Shown: positions 6,882-17,019, numbered from the stretch's first letter. The stretch: DNA of 64,000 bases from Candidatus Saccharimonadia bacterium (GCA_038230095.1 JBBRNT010000001.1:112848-176847), one strand, 5' to 3'. Program-made: numbers and translations. Notes: a model not told the origin generated them from the letters alone.

Positions 6882-9605
6882 ATGAGCAAAAAACCCACCC
6901 TCGTTCTCGTTGACGGTAGCGCGGTATTTCACCGAGGCTATCACGCCATACCGCCACTTTCGAATAAGGATGGCGTGCCTACCAATGCTACCTACGGCTT
7001 TACTACTATTCTGCTTAAGGTCATTGCCGAGCTGAAGCCGACCTACATGGTAATGGCCTGGGACATGAAGGGGCCAACGTTCCGGCACGAGATGTACCCC
7101 GAGTATAAGGGAACGCGGGTAAAGCAGCCGGACGATCTGTATGAACAAATGCCGTGGGCCAGGAAGGTGACGGAGGCATTGGGCATACCCTGGGTGGAGT
7201 TAGCACGCTATGAGGCAGACGACATTATTGGCACCTTTGTGAAACAGTCTGGCGACCTTGATACCATTATTGTGACCGGTGATAAGGATGAGTTCCAGCT
7301 AATCAATGACACTACACGGGTCTACACCATGCAGCGTGGGTTCACTGACACCACCATCTATGACCTGGCCAAAATGCAGGAGCGCTACGGCTTAACGCCC
7401 GGGCAGTTCTTGGACGCTAAGGCGCTAATGGGCGACTCCAGCGATAACATTCCTGGCGTCCCCGGCGTGGGCGAGAAGACGGCTATGGCACTGATCCAGA
7501 ACTATGGCACGCTGGATGCTGTGTATGACAATCTTGAAAAAATACCAGGCAAACTCGGAGAACGGCTGCGAGATAATAAGGAACTGGCCTACCATAGCCA
7601 CGAGCTATCGCGAATTGTGCAGGATGCGCCGGTCAAGCTAGATCTAGCCGCAGCGGAGCTGGGCCAATACAACCGCACGGAGATCCACGATCTATTTCGC
7701 GAGCTCGGCTTTAAAGGGCTTCTCAGCAAGCTCCCGCCGGAAATGGTAGAGACTGTACCAAGCCTGTTTGATCTAGGTGAACCACAGAAGAAGGACCGGG
7801 CGCATCTGAAGTCGGTGAAGTACCATAGCGTAACCACTGAGAAGGATCTAGCTGAGCTCGTGGCCACACTGGAAAAGACCAAGATCTTTGCTATGGACAC
7901 GGAGACTACTGGGCTAGACGTACTGACGGCCGATCTAGTAGGGTTATCATTCTCTGTAAAGCCTGCTGAGGCCTATTATGTGCCGGTAGGGCACCAGGCG
8001 GGTAAGCAGCTGGCTAAGGATGTGGTACTAGGGGCATTGCGGCCAGCATTGACGAATCCGGCTATAGGTAAGGTGGGGCACAATATTAAATACGATTACC
8101 AAATTCTCCACGAGGCTGGTGTGGTGGTGGCGGGGATTGCCTGGGACACTATGATTGCCGCGTTCTTGCTAAACCCCACTGGCCGCACTCAGTCGCTGGA
8201 CGATCTGGCCTTCTCCGAGCTGGGTATAGACATGATCCCAATTACTGAGCTGATTGGTGCAGGTAAGAGCCAGGCTACTTTTGATACTACTGACATCGCC
8301 GAGGCTACTACTTATGCTTGTGAGGACGCCGACATGAGCTGGCGTATCTATGAGAAGCAGGTCGCCGAGATGGGCCATAAGGACGCGGTGGGCGTAGCCA
8401 AGCTGGCTGCAGCTACCGAGTGGCCGCTCATACCCATACTGGCAGACATGGAGCTGGCTGGTATAGAGCTGGACTCCAAGTTCCTGCACGACTTCAATAA
8501 GGTAATCTCGGCCAAGATTCTGGGTCTGGAAGAGGACATTTATAAGGCCGCGGAGCAGCACTTCAACATTGGCTCGCCGTCGCAGCTGGCCGAGATCCTC
8601 TATAACAAGCTAGCGCTGTCGGCAGTGGGCATAAAGAAGGGCAAGACCGGGCTTTCTACAGCTGCCGATCAGCTGGAGAAAATGCGTGGGATGCACCCTA
8701 TCATTGAACTTATTCTCGAGTACCGCGAGCTAATGAAGCTGAAGAATACCTACATAGACACCCTGCCACAGCTAGTAGCGGCCGACGGGCGCGTGCACAC
8801 CAGCTACAGCCAGACAATTGCGGCCACGGGGCGACTTAGCTCTAATAGCCCCAATCTACAGAACATACCAGTGCGCACTGATCTGGGTCGGGAAATCCGT
8901 AAGGCCTTTGTGGCGCCGAAGGGCCGTGTGCTGGTGGGTGCAGACTACTCGCAGATTGAGCTGCGCGTAGCAGCAGCGCTGGCCAAAGACGAGGCTATGA
9001 TCCAGACCTTTCGTGATGGTATAGATCTGCACCAGCAGACGGCTGCTGAGCTGTATACCGTACCGCTAGAGACTGTCACTAAGCAGCAACGCTATAATGC
9101 CAAGACTATTAACTTCGGTGTAATGTACGGCATGAGCGCTCATGGCCTATCTGTCGCCACAGGTATGACGCGTGAGGAGTCGGCTGGGTTTATCCAGCGC
9201 TACTTCGAGGTGCGACCCAAACTGAAGGCCTACATTGAAGAGACGAAGCTATTTGCCCGCGAGCATGAGTACACCGAGACACTATTTGGTCGCCGTCGAC
9301 CCTGCCCGGAGATTAACTCAAACAACCAGATTCTGGTAAACGCGGCCGAGCGCATGGCGGTAAATGTGCCTATTCAGGGCACGGCAGCGGACATTATTAA
9401 GCTGGCCATGATTGCCCTAGTGCCACGGCTGGATGGTGATGCTAGGCTACTACTCCAGATACATGATGAACTCATCATTGAGACTGACGCGAGCAAGGGC
9501 GAGGCAGTAGCGGCACTGATCCGCGATGTGATGACCAATGTATATGACCTGGGCGTGCCGCTGGCGGTGGATACGGAGATTGGGACCAACTGGGGCGAGC
9601 TGTGA
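6882..9605 (+). CDS. polA: DNA polymerase I
   Basis: 5'-3' exonuclease (LVDG, EADD, GDSSDNIPGV), 3'-5' exo (MDTETT), motifs ADYSQIELR, KTINFGVMYG, QIHDEL. Start set at ATG 6882 (MSKKPTLVLVDG). Confidence 0.97.
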   Translation: MSKKPTLVLVDGSAVFHRGYHAIPPLSNKDGVPTNATYGFTTILLKVIAELKPTYMVMAWDMKGPTFRHEMYPEYKGTRVKQPDDLYEQMPWARKVTEALGIPWVELARYEADDIIGTFVKQSGDLDTIIVTGDKDEFQLINDTTRVYTMQRGFTDTTIYDLAKMQERYGLTPGQFLDAKALMGDSSDNIPGVPGVGEKTAMALIQNYGTLDAVYDNLEKIPGKLGERLRDNKELAYHSHELSRIVQDAPVKLDLAAAELGQYNRTEIHDLFRELGFKGLLSKLPPEMVETVPSLFDLGEPQKKDRAHLKSVKYHSVTTEKDLAELVATLEKTKIFAMDTETTGLDVLTADLVGLSFSVKPAEAYYVPVGHQAGKQLAKDVVLGALRPALTNPAIGKVGHNIKYDYQILHEAGVVVAGIAWDTMIAAFLLNPTGRTQSLDDLAFSELGIDMIPITELIGAGKSQATFDTTDIAEATTYACEDADMSWRIYEKQVAEMGHKDAVGVAKLAAATEWPLIPILADMELAGIELDSKFLHDFNKVISAKILGLEEDIYKAAEQHFNIGSPSQLAEILYNKLALSAVGIKKGKTGLSTAADQLEKMRGMHPIIELILEYRELMKLKNTYIDTLPQLVAADGRVHTSYSQTIAATGRLSSNSPNLQNIPVRTDLGREIRKAFVAPKGRVLVGADYSQIELRVAAALAKDEAMIQTFRDGIDLHQQTAAELYTVPLETVTKQQRYNAKTINFGVMYGMSAHGLSVATGMTREESAGFIQRYFEVRPKLKAYIEETKLFAREHEYTETLFGRRRPCPEINSNNQILVNAAERMAVNVPIQGTAADIIKLAMIALVPRLDGDARLLLQIHDELIIETDASKGEAVAALIRDVMTNVYDLGVPLAVDTEIGTNWGEL

Positions 9606-10144
9606 GTCGGTGGAAAGTTACCGGTACTAAAACCGTTTTTGAGCATCCACGGCTATCGCTCGTAATTGATGATGTTGTCATGCCCGACGGAAAGCTCTCA
9701 ACCTATCTTAGGTTTGCACCGGGGCCCGGTGCTGTGAGCATCCTGGCGCGCAATGCTCAAGGTAAGCTCCTTATGATGACTGAGTATTCGCATCCGCTCG
9801 GTGTAGCTATGTACCAATTGCCTGGTGGTAGCATCGAGGAAGGTGAAACGAATGAGCAGGCTGCAGTACGTGAATTGGCAGAGGAAGCTGGTTTGGCAGC
9901 GGGGAAGTTGACCTATCTAGGAAGTTTCTACATGGATAATCGACGAACTACTGACAAAATGTTTATTTATCTGGCCGAGGAGCTCTCGGACCACAAACTG
10001 CCTGGTGATGAGGAAGAACAGGGCTTGGAATCTTTTTGGCTAACCCCAGCCGAAGTCAGTGAACTGATTCGTACGCATCAACTAGATAATAATCGCGCCT
10101 TGGTGGCCTGGGCGCTGTATCTTGAGTCTGCCGATGTCGCCTGA
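9602..10144 (+). CDS. NUDIX hydrolase (ADP-ribose pyrophosphatase-like)
   Basis: Nudix box GSIEEGETNEQAAVRELAEEAG; GTG overlaps the polA stop. Confidence 0.88.
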   Translation: MSRWKVTGTKTVFEHPRLSLVIDDVVMPDGKLSTYLRFAPGPGAVSILARNAQGKLLMMTEYSHPLGVAMYQLPGGSIEEGETNEQAAVRELAEEAGLAAGKLTYLGSFYMDNRRTTDKMFIYLAEELSDHKLPGDEEEQGLESFWLTPAEVSELIRTHQLDNNRALVAWALYLESADVA

Positions 10145-10901
10145 TTTTCACGATGCCAGGGCTGCCGAGATCGTGGATAGCACGGAATCTTTTAACCCCC
10201 AGAGCGACATTAGCATAGTGGGCACCGGGCCAGATGTTTTGATCCTAGTTCACGGATTCGGGGTGCAGCGGGACAGCCGCGGTATGTTTACCGAGGTAGC
10301 TCGGTATTTTGCCGACCATTATACCTCCGTATTATTTGATCTGAACCAAGTGGAGGGAGACGAGGTGACGCTGCGGACACTAACAGAGCAGCGAGACATT
10401 GTGCGGCAGGTACTGGCGGCTGCCCGAGCAAAGCACCCTGGCGCACGGGTGCATCTACTGGGCCACTCCATGGGGTGCGTAGTAGCCTCACTGGCCGGCG
10501 ATAGCGAACTAGATTCGGTAATTTTTTTGGCGCCACCGACACGCTCAGGCGGAGATAGCACGCGGCGATACTTCATGGCATACAAGGGCGCCCAGCTTGA
10601 CGGTCGTATCCTGACGGTGCCACGTAAGGATGGTACAACGACGGTGATCCCATTGGACTACTTTGATGACATGGAGCGCCACAACCCCGCGCAGCTGATT
10701 ACCGAGTATGCTGCTGCCCAGCCGCTACATGTAATAGAGGCGCTGGAGGAGGATGTGATTCGTCATGCCGACTACTCAGTATTTCAGAGCCAGCCGGGCA
10801 TAGTGCTGCGGGCTATCCACGGCGATCATAACTGGACTGGCGATGCGCGGGCGGGGCTGCTGGCAGAGCTGAGTCACCTGCTGGGTGGAGAGGATAAATG
10901 A
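10134..10901 (+). CDS. Alpha/beta-fold hydrolase
   Basis: VHGFG oxyanion loop, GHSMG nucleophile elbow, C-terminal GDH. Start uncertain (10122 or 10134). Confidence 0.85.
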   Translation: MSPDFHDARAAEIVDSTESFNPQSDISIVGTGPDVLILVHGFGVQRDSRGMFTEVARYFADHYTSVLFDLNQVEGDEVTLRTLTEQRDIVRQVLAAARAKHPGARVHLLGHSMGCVVASLAGDSELDSVIFLAPPTRSGGDSTRRYFMAYKGAQLDGRILTVPRKDGTTTVIPLDYFDDMERHNPAQLITEYAAAQPLHVIEALEEDVIRHADYSVFQSQPGIVLRAIHGDHNWTGDARAGLLAELSHLLGGEDK

Positions 10902-11938
10902 CACCAGCATTTATCGGAACCTATACGGACAAGGGGGGCGAAGGCATGTATCGGGCTGAGTGGGATAGTGTGTCTGGCAAACTATCAGGATTGGCGCTGG
11001 CGGCGAAGCTAGCGCACCCGTCATGGGTACTGGTGGAGCCGACAGGGCAGTTCCTGTACGCCGCTAGCGAAGTGGATGAGGGTGTAGTTTATAGTTATAG
11101 CATTGCGGCGGAGACTCTCGAGCTGACGCTCATTGGTCGCCAGCTAACCGGCGGTGCACACCCCTGTCACCTGGCGGTAAGCGCGGACGGCCGGGTGCTG
11201 GTGGTGGCCAACTACGTGGGCGGATCGGTGGCGGTGCTAGCAGTGGGGGCCGACGGCACTCTTGGCGCAGCGCAGGTAGTGCAATATGACGGGAGCGGGC
11301 CCGATGCCGTACGGCAAGCTGCGCCTCACCCACATGGTGTGGCATTTGATACGTCCGGGCGGCTATGGGTGGCGGACCTGGGGCTAGATAGGCTGACGAT
11401 GTACCAGGTAGGTGCTGGGGGAATTAATGTTGCATCGGCGCGAGCGACTCAGGCAAAGGCTGGCAGCGGGCCGCGATATATGGTATTTCATCCGACGCTA
11501 TCACGCTTGTATGTGGTGGGAGAGCTGGACTCCACTATAATGGCCTACGATCTGGGTGGTGATGGAATTCTTAAGCCAACCGAAACGCTGTCCACGCGGG
11601 CTGCGGGTGCTCAGGGAGAGAATAGGGCGGGAGCTATTAGTATGCATTCTTCGGGAAAGTTCCTGTATGTGACCAACCGTGGGGACGAGAGCGTAGCGAG
11701 CTACCGTATTGATGCGCAGAGCGGAGCGCTTGAACTGATCGACATTTTGCCCGTGCTTGGCACAGAGCCGCGGTCGGCAGTGATAGATCCAAGTGGGCAG
11801 TATCTACTGGTGACGAACCAGAAGAGCGACGCGGTGGTAACGTACCGTATTGATGAGGGCGGCGGGCTGGAGGCGGAGTCGAACTTAGCGGTGCCGTCAC
11901 CGACGTGTATAGCATTTATAATCAAGAATGAGGAATAA
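10898..11938 (+). CDS. pgl: Lactonase-family 7-bladed beta-propeller (6-phosphogluconolactonase-like)
   Basis: FIGTYT, HPCH, ANY.GG, RQ..PHPH, ADLG.D, GPR, VTNRG, NQKSD motifs. Confidence 0.85.
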   Translation: MTPAFIGTYTDKGGEGMYRAEWDSVSGKLSGLALAAKLAHPSWVLVEPTGQFLYAASEVDEGVVYSYSIAAETLELTLIGRQLTGGAHPCHLAVSADGRVLVVANYVGGSVAVLAVGADGTLGAAQVVQYDGSGPDAVRQAAPHPHGVAFDTSGRLWVADLGLDRLTMYQVGAGGINVASARATQAKAGSGPRYMVFHPTLSRLYVVGELDSTIMAYDLGGDGILKPTETLSTRAAGAQGENRAGAISMHSSGKFLYVTNRGDESVASYRIDAQSGALELIDILPVLGTEPRSAVIDPSGQYLLVTNQKSDAVVTYRIDEGGGLEAESNLAVPSPTCIAFIIKNEE

Positions 11939-11940
11939 CT

Positions 11941-12273
11941 ATGGCAACCTACGAGGACTTTGAGAAGCTAGATGTGCGAGTGGGAAAGATTATTGGCGTC
12001 CAGGACTTTCCGGAAGCACGAAAGCCCGCCTACAAGCTGACCATTGATTTTGGCCCAGAGATTGGAACTAAGAAGTCTAGCGCCCAGCTAGTAAAGCACT
12101 ATTCTAAGGAGCAGCTGCAGGACCGGCGGGTGTTGGGGGTAGTGAACTTTCCGCCCCGGCAGATTGGGCCGTTTATCTCCGAGTCGCTGACGCTGGGCGT
12201 ACCAGACGGCGACGGCGATTGTGTGCTGATTAACCCGGACGAGGGCGCCGTGATAGGTGGACGGCTGTACTAA
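11941..12273 (+). CDS. csaA: tRNA-binding/export chaperone CsaA (OB fold)
   Basis: DFEKLDVRVG, PEARKPAYKL.IDFG, VVNFPPRQIG. Confidence 0.9.
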   Translation: MATYEDFEKLDVRVGKIIGVQDFPEARKPAYKLTIDFGPEIGTKKSSAQLVKHYSKEQLQDRRVLGVVNFPPRQIGPFISESLTLGVPDGDGDCVLINPDEGAVIGGRLY

Positions 12274-12338
12274 CTAAACTCCACTTTACTAGACTGGCCA
12301 GGAGGCGTAGCCTAATCTGAAGGCAAAGAGGAGCCGCT

Positions 12339-13052
12339 ATGAGTACTGAAGTGAAGATCCACGATGCGCAGACTAGCATACTGCGAGAGCTATTATTTGT
12401 GCCACACTCTGGCTTTGCCGAGCTCCAGAAGCCGACTGGGTTGGCCAGTGACCATTTTAACTTTCATATTGGCAAGCTTGTGTATCTGGGGCTGGTCGAG
12501 AAGGTGGAGCGCGGCAAGTACCGGCTGACAACCAAGGGCAAGGAGTACGCCAATAAGCTGGACACTGACACGAAAACCATTGAGCGGCAGCCCAAGGTAG
12601 CGGTACTTTTGGTGATTGAGCGAATGTCTGGTGGAGAGCGCCAGCTGCTATTCCAGGAACGCCGCAAAAACCCGTACTACGGCTACGTTGGCTTTCCGAC
12701 TGGTAAGATCCGCTGGGGCGAGACAATTGTGTACGCCTCGGCTCGGGAGCTTCTGGAGGAGACCGGACTTATTTCTAAGCATAAAATACTGGGCTTATAC
12801 CACGAACATACGTTTCTAGAAGATGAGCCCGAAGCGGTGGAAGACAAAATGTTTTTTGCCATACATTGCACAGATATTGAAGGCGAGCTTATTGCCGAGT
12901 TTGAAGGCGGACGCAATGTCTGGATGACGGTTGCCGAAGCCCGCAAGCTAGAGAAGAAATACACCAGCTTCGAGACCGAAATTGCTATGATCGAAGGTAC
13001 GCTCGGGTCATTTGTTGAGGAAGTGCACCACTATACGAAGGAGCAGTTTTAG
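12339..13052 (+). CDS. N-terminal winged-helix + C-terminal NUDIX protein (putative regulator)
   Basis: ArsR/HxlR-like FAELQK..FNFHIGKL..GLVEK..YRLT.KG, then GKIRWGET..ASARELLEETG. Confidence 0.8.
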   Translation: MSTEVKIHDAQTSILRELLFVPHSGFAELQKPTGLASDHFNFHIGKLVYLGLVEKVERGKYRLTTKGKEYANKLDTDTKTIERQPKVAVLLVIERMSGGERQLLFQERRKNPYYGYVGFPTGKIRWGETIVYASARELLEETGLISKHKILGLYHEHTFLEDEPEAVEDKMFFAIHCTDIEGELIAEFEGGRNVWMTVAEARKLEKKYTSFETEIAMIEGTLGSFVEEVHHYTKEQF

Positions 13053-13906
13053 CGGCCGAGCAACACCAGGGTCGTAATACCTGCGAATGTAATAACTATG
13101 CCAGCTACCTGACTGTGGCTGATCCGATCCTTAAGCTTGAAGTGGGCTATTATGGCGAAAACGATGATGCTAGCCGTGACGAGCACTGCCACTATGCTAG
13201 CGGGCCCAGCAGCGTAGCCGTAGACCTCAATATAGCTGGTAACACCTGTGAGAAGGCCATACCACAGTAGATTGGCGTGGCCTTTTCTAGGCCAAAGGCG
13301 ACGTCGCTGCCGTCTTGCCACTACCAAGAGAGTACTCAAGCCGATGATAACGATAATGAGAATATCTAGATACCAGCCGGTATGGTTCACTACGTACTTG
13401 TTCATAGCATTGCCAACGCCATAAAGTAGCGCTGAGACTATGGCTGCTACCGTGCTCAGACCAGGCCGGCCACCCGCTCTAAGGCGTTTGAAATTGACCG
13501 AGCAGAGCAGGGCGCCGAAGAATGTGAGCGCGAGAGCGGCCCACTGTGTGGGTCTGAGGTGTTCACCGATAAATATAACTGCCAGGATGACCACGATGGC
13601 GCTACTGCTGCTGACGATTGTCTGGTGGGCAGAGGCGTTACCGTGAGTGTAGGAGTAGTTTGAAAGAAAGAAAGCGCTAACCATACAGAGACTGGCCGCT
13701 AGCAGAAAAAGCGACACTATCGGGGATAGGCTGGCCCAGGGGATATGTCTGGTCGGCAGCAGCACAAGGGCTACTACTCCGGCTATAGCATAAGACCAGA
13801 TGCTCGCTAGTAATGGGCTATTGGAGCGGCTGGCAAAGGTGCCAAAGAGCGACGCTACGCCGTAGGCCACCATGCAAACAAGACCGCAGATAATCGCAAT
13901 AGACAT
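13049..13906 (-). CDS. DMT/EamA-family transporter
   Basis: 285 aa with ~10 hydrophobic segments in two repeats (..IFIGE.. / ..FKLKD..). Confidence 0.8.
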   Translation of the reverse strand: MSIAIICGLVCMVAYGVASLFGTFASRSNSPLLASIWSYAIAGVVALVLLPTRHIPWASLSPIVSLFLLAASLCMVSAFFLSNYSYTHGNASAHQTIVSSSSAIVVILAVIFIGEHLRPTQWAALALTFFGALLCSVNFKRLRAGGRPGLSTVAAIVSALLYGVGNAMNKYVVNHTGWYLDILIIVIIGLSTLLVVARRQRRRLWPRKGHANLLWYGLLTGVTSYIEVYGYAAGPASIVAVLVTASIIVFAIIAHFKLKDRISHSQVAGIVITFAGITTLVLLGR

Positions 13907-13980
13907 GTATTCAGCTTAGCATGCCACTTATGCTAAACTAGGCCTCGCTTTCCAGGTATAATTGATGCATAGGAGTTACT

Positions 13981-14871
13981 ATGCCAGAAGGGCCAGAAGT
14001 AGAAACAATACGACGTGGGCTGTCGGAGACCATTGTGGGGCAGAGGATTGCCCGGATAGACGTCCTAACGCCGAAAACGTTTGATCTGCCAGCGGGCTTC
14101 ATCGATGAAGTTACACGGGGACAGGAGGTGCTGCTGGTGGAGCGGCTGGCCAAGGTACTTATCTGGCACCTGGCCAACCAGTACTCGCTGCTATTCCATC
14201 TGAAGATGACAGGCCAGGTGGTGCTGGAGCGGGCTGGTGGCAAGCGCTATGCTGGCGGCCACCCCAGCGACTCCATGGCTCATGAGCTGCCAGATAAAAC
14301 GACGCGGGTGGTGTTTGCGCTGGAGTCGGGGGATACCGTGTACTTTAATGACATGCGGAAGTTTGGTTGGGTGAAGCTGATGCCGACAGCCGATATTACT
14401 AATGATGAGCTTATTGCGCGCCTCGGCCCCGAGCCCCTGAGCCCAGCCTTTACACTGGTGGGCTTTGCAGCAAAGGTGGCTCGGCACAAGGGGGCACCGA
14501 TAAAGGCAGTGATCCTAGACCAGTCGACGGTGTCTGGTGTGGGCAATATCTATGCGGATGAGAGCCTACACCTTGCCAAGATCCACCCCACCCGGACCGG
14601 TGGCGACCTGACTAAGGCTGAGGTAAAGCGCCTCCATGAGGCCATAATTGCAATAATTACCCTGGGGATAGAGCACGGCGGCACGAGCTTTTCCAGCTAT
14701 GTAAATAGCTTTGGGGGGACTGGAAACTATCTAGACCATGCACGCGTTTTCAGGCGTGAGGGAGAGCCCTGCCCGGTATGCGGTACAACGATTGTGAAGA
14801 CCAGGGTGGGTGGCCGTGGGACGCATACCTGTCCGGTGTGTCAGCCAGTGCCCAAACTACGTCGTAAATAG
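13981..14871 (+). CDS. mutM: Formamidopyrimidine-DNA glycosylase
   Basis: MPEGPEV, HLKMTG, D.RKFG, GVGNIYADE, C-terminal CPVC..CPVC zinc finger. Confidence 0.95.
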   Translation: MPEGPEVETIRRGLSETIVGQRIARIDVLTPKTFDLPAGFIDEVTRGQEVLLVERLAKVLIWHLANQYSLLFHLKMTGQVVLERAGGKRYAGGHPSDSMAHELPDKTTRVVFALESGDTVYFNDMRKFGWVKLMPTADITNDELIARLGPEPLSPAFTLVGFAAKVARHKGAPIKAVILDQSTVSGVGNIYADESLHLAKIHPTRTGGDLTKAEVKRLHEAIIAIITLGIEHGGTSFSSYVNSFGGTGNYLDHARVFRREGEPCPVCGTTIVKTRVGGRGTHTCPVCQPVPKLRRK

Positions 14872-14875
14872 AAAG

Positions 14876-14903
14876 CGGCCCGGACAAGTAAATGTCCGGG
14901 CCG
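14876..14903. terminator. Hairpin between convergent mutM and orphan gene
   Basis: CGGCCCGGACA-AGTAAA-TGTCCGGGCCG. Confidence 0.65.
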
Positions 14904-14926
14904 AATGCTTCCGCTGCTTCATGTGC

Positions 14927-15454
14927 TCAGGGTGTGAGTAGACTACCCGTACCCTGACAGTACGCCTCGACGTCGGCCAGAAGGCCGGCGGGGGCTACCG
15001 GCTTGGCCAGGGCGGCCAGTTCGGTGTACTTGTCGCCGAGCCACTGGGCTGCTCCCACGAGCTGCTGGCGGCCAAGGCCGCTGACGACACCGACCGAGCT
15101 GGTTTCCAGGGCGCAGTACTGGTAGGTAATGGTGCCCAGCTGGCCGGCGCTGTTGCCGGCGAAGGCTGTCAGCCTGGCGTCCACTGCCTGTTGCCAGGCG
15201 CCACGATTGAACGTGGCAATGTCTAGCTGCTGGGTGGTGGTGGCCGTCTGCTGAGCTGGGGCGGTCGAGCTAGTTCCGCCCCGGAGGGCAGCGCCCAAGA
15301 GTGGCAGGAGCACGAGGCCGACGATGATCAGCCAGGTGGGGATGCGTCGACGCTTGGAGGCCCAGTGCTGTCGGTATGGCGTGGTGGGGGCGATGACCGG
15401 GATGACTGTAGCCCGGGCGGTGCCCGGCGGGGTGGGGCTCGTTGTGGTGCTCAT
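14927..15454 (-). CDS. Orphan single-pass membrane protein (175 aa)
   Basis: AGGAGG SD before ATG 15454; Pro/Thr-rich N-terminus, KRRR then hydrophobic helix; C/G-ending codons. Confidence 0.7.
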   Translation of the reverse strand: MSTTTSPTPPGTARATVIPVIAPTTPYRQHWASKRRRIPTWLIIVGLVLLPLLGAALRGGTSSTAPAQQTATTTQQLDIATFNRGAWQQAVDARLTAFAGNSAGQLGTITYQYCALETSSVGVVSGLGRQQLVGAAQWLGDKYTELAALAKPVAPAGLLADVEAYCQGTGSLLTP

Positions 15455-15574
15455 GGTGACCTCCTGGTCGGGTAGGGCCACTTCGGATGAAGTAGCGGAG
15501 AGCTTCTCAGCGGATAATCTTGCGATTACCCGCAAAAAGCTCTCTGCAACAGGCTGTGAAAGGACAATGACGTA

Positions 15575-15602
15575 TATTAGCACAATAACTATATATTGTC
15601 AA
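15575..15602 (-). promoter_or_regulatory. Near-consensus promoter for the 15454 gene
   Basis: Minus strand TTGACA-17 nt-TAATAT with extended -10 TG; coordinates approximate. Confidence 0.7.
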
Positions 15603-15801
15603 TAGTTATCACCAAGAAATGGTGACGGCTCGAACAAGTATTGTTCGGGCGCGTGCGCTCAGGCAATGAGTGGGCGCGCGGTGGTGGATGGGTTCATAGC
15701 GCTTCCTAACAGAATATTTCAAGCTGCTCCGAGTGGACCCTCGTTCGAAGGAGGACCTGCCAACATTCGACCTGGTCTCTAGATTGACCTAAACTGAGTT
15801 T

Positions 15802-16731
15802 ATGATCTTTTTCTTTCATGGGCCGAACCAATATGCCATCAAGAAGCAGCTGCAGAGTATGCGGCAGGCTTTTGTGGCGAAGAACGGAGCAGATTTCGGC
15901 ATTGAGCAGCTTGACGGAGCCGGCGTGGACCCCAAGCGCTTGCCCGAGCTACTACAGGCGGCGCCGTTCCTAGCGAACTCACGGCTGGTTATTCTGGAAG
16001 GACTGGGGAAGAATAAGCCGGCGACAGAGGTGGCGCTGACGCTACTGGCGAAGATTCCGGACACCACCGTGGCAGTGTTTGCGGACACAGAAGTAGACCA
16101 GCGAACGAGCTGGTTTAAGATCCTGTCGACGGAGGCTAAGGTGGTGAAGTTTGATCTGTTGGAAGGCTCACAGCTAAGTAGCTGGATTAAGCGTACCGCG
16201 GAGGAGCAGGGCGGGCGTATTGAGCGACCAGGTGTAGATGCTCTTGCGGCAGCCTGTGGACCGGACCAGTGGCGGCTGGAGCAGGAGATACAGAAGCTGG
16301 TGAGTTATGCCCCGGATATTACCGAAGAGACGGTGAAGCTCCTGGTGGAGACCACCGTAGAGCAATCCATATTTGAGCTGGTGGAGGCAATTACGAGCGG
16401 CAAGACCAGTAAGGTACTTACCATGTACCGCGAGCTGATTCGGCAGCGAGTAAATGAATTCTATCTACTCACCATGGTGCAGTGGCAGCTACGAAATCTG
16501 CTATCGGCTAAGGCTGGTGAGGGCCTAAGTAGTAGCGAGCTCGCTAAGCGGGTGAAGATGAGCCCCTACGTGGCGGGTAAGGCCCAGCAGGCTGCCAGGC
16601 GGCTGAGTGTAGAGGATCTAGAAGCGGGGTTCCTGACCTCCCTGGATGCCGAAGTGGCGATGAAGAGTGGGCGACCCCAGCAGGCCTCACTGGAGCAGCT
16701 GCTGTATGATCTATCCACGCGGTTCAGGTAG
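15802..16731 (+). CDS. holA: DNA polymerase III delta subunit
   Basis: MIFFFHG.N, PFL...RLVI, LEQEIQKL..Y, IFELVEAI, D..MKSG; adjacent to rpsT. Confidence 0.9.
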   Translation: MIFFFHGPNQYAIKKQLQSMRQAFVAKNGADFGIEQLDGAGVDPKRLPELLQAAPFLANSRLVILEGLGKNKPATEVALTLLAKIPDTTVAVFADTEVDQRTSWFKILSTEAKVVKFDLLEGSQLSSWIKRTAEEQGGRIERPGVDALAAACGPDQWRLEQEIQKLVSYAPDITEETVKLLVETTVEQSIFELVEAITSGKTSKVLTMYRELIRQRVNEFYLLTMVQWQLRNLLSAKAGEGLSSSELAKRVKMSPYVAGKAQQAARRLSVEDLEAGFLTSLDAEVAMKSGRPQQASLEQLLYDLSTRFR

Positions 16732-16935
16732 CTAGTGAGCGTCGGCTTGCTTGATTTGCTCGATCAGGTGGTCTATCTCGCCAATGACGGTGCGGATACG
16801 GGCCAGCTCGCCCTTGGCCAGCCAGGCATTGCCCGGTGTGTGGGCGTAGTCACGCAGGAGCTTGAGGTGCTGGGTGGCCTCAATGGTGAGGTCGTGGCAC
16901 TCTTGGCGTAGGCTGCTGGCATCGGTGGGTTTCAT
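16732..16935 (-). CDS. Small hypothetical helical protein (67 aa)
   Basis: ORF fills the holA-rpsT gap; TACAAT 7 nt before ATG on the minus strand. Confidence 0.6.
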   Translation of the reverse strand: MKPTDASSLRQECHDLTIEATQHLKLLRDYAHTPGNAWLAKGELARIRTVIGEIDHLIEQIKQADAH

Positions 16936-16979
16936 AGTATCTATTGTATAGGATTGCGACCAGATTGGCGTAATACCAA

Positions 16980-17003
16980 AAAACCACCCGGCAGGGTGGT
17001 TTT
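16980..17003 (-). terminator. Terminator after rpsT (possibly bidirectional)
   Basis: AAAACCACCC-GGCA-GGGTGGTTTT. Confidence 0.75.
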
Positions 17004-17019
17004 GTATCCGTAGGATGGA

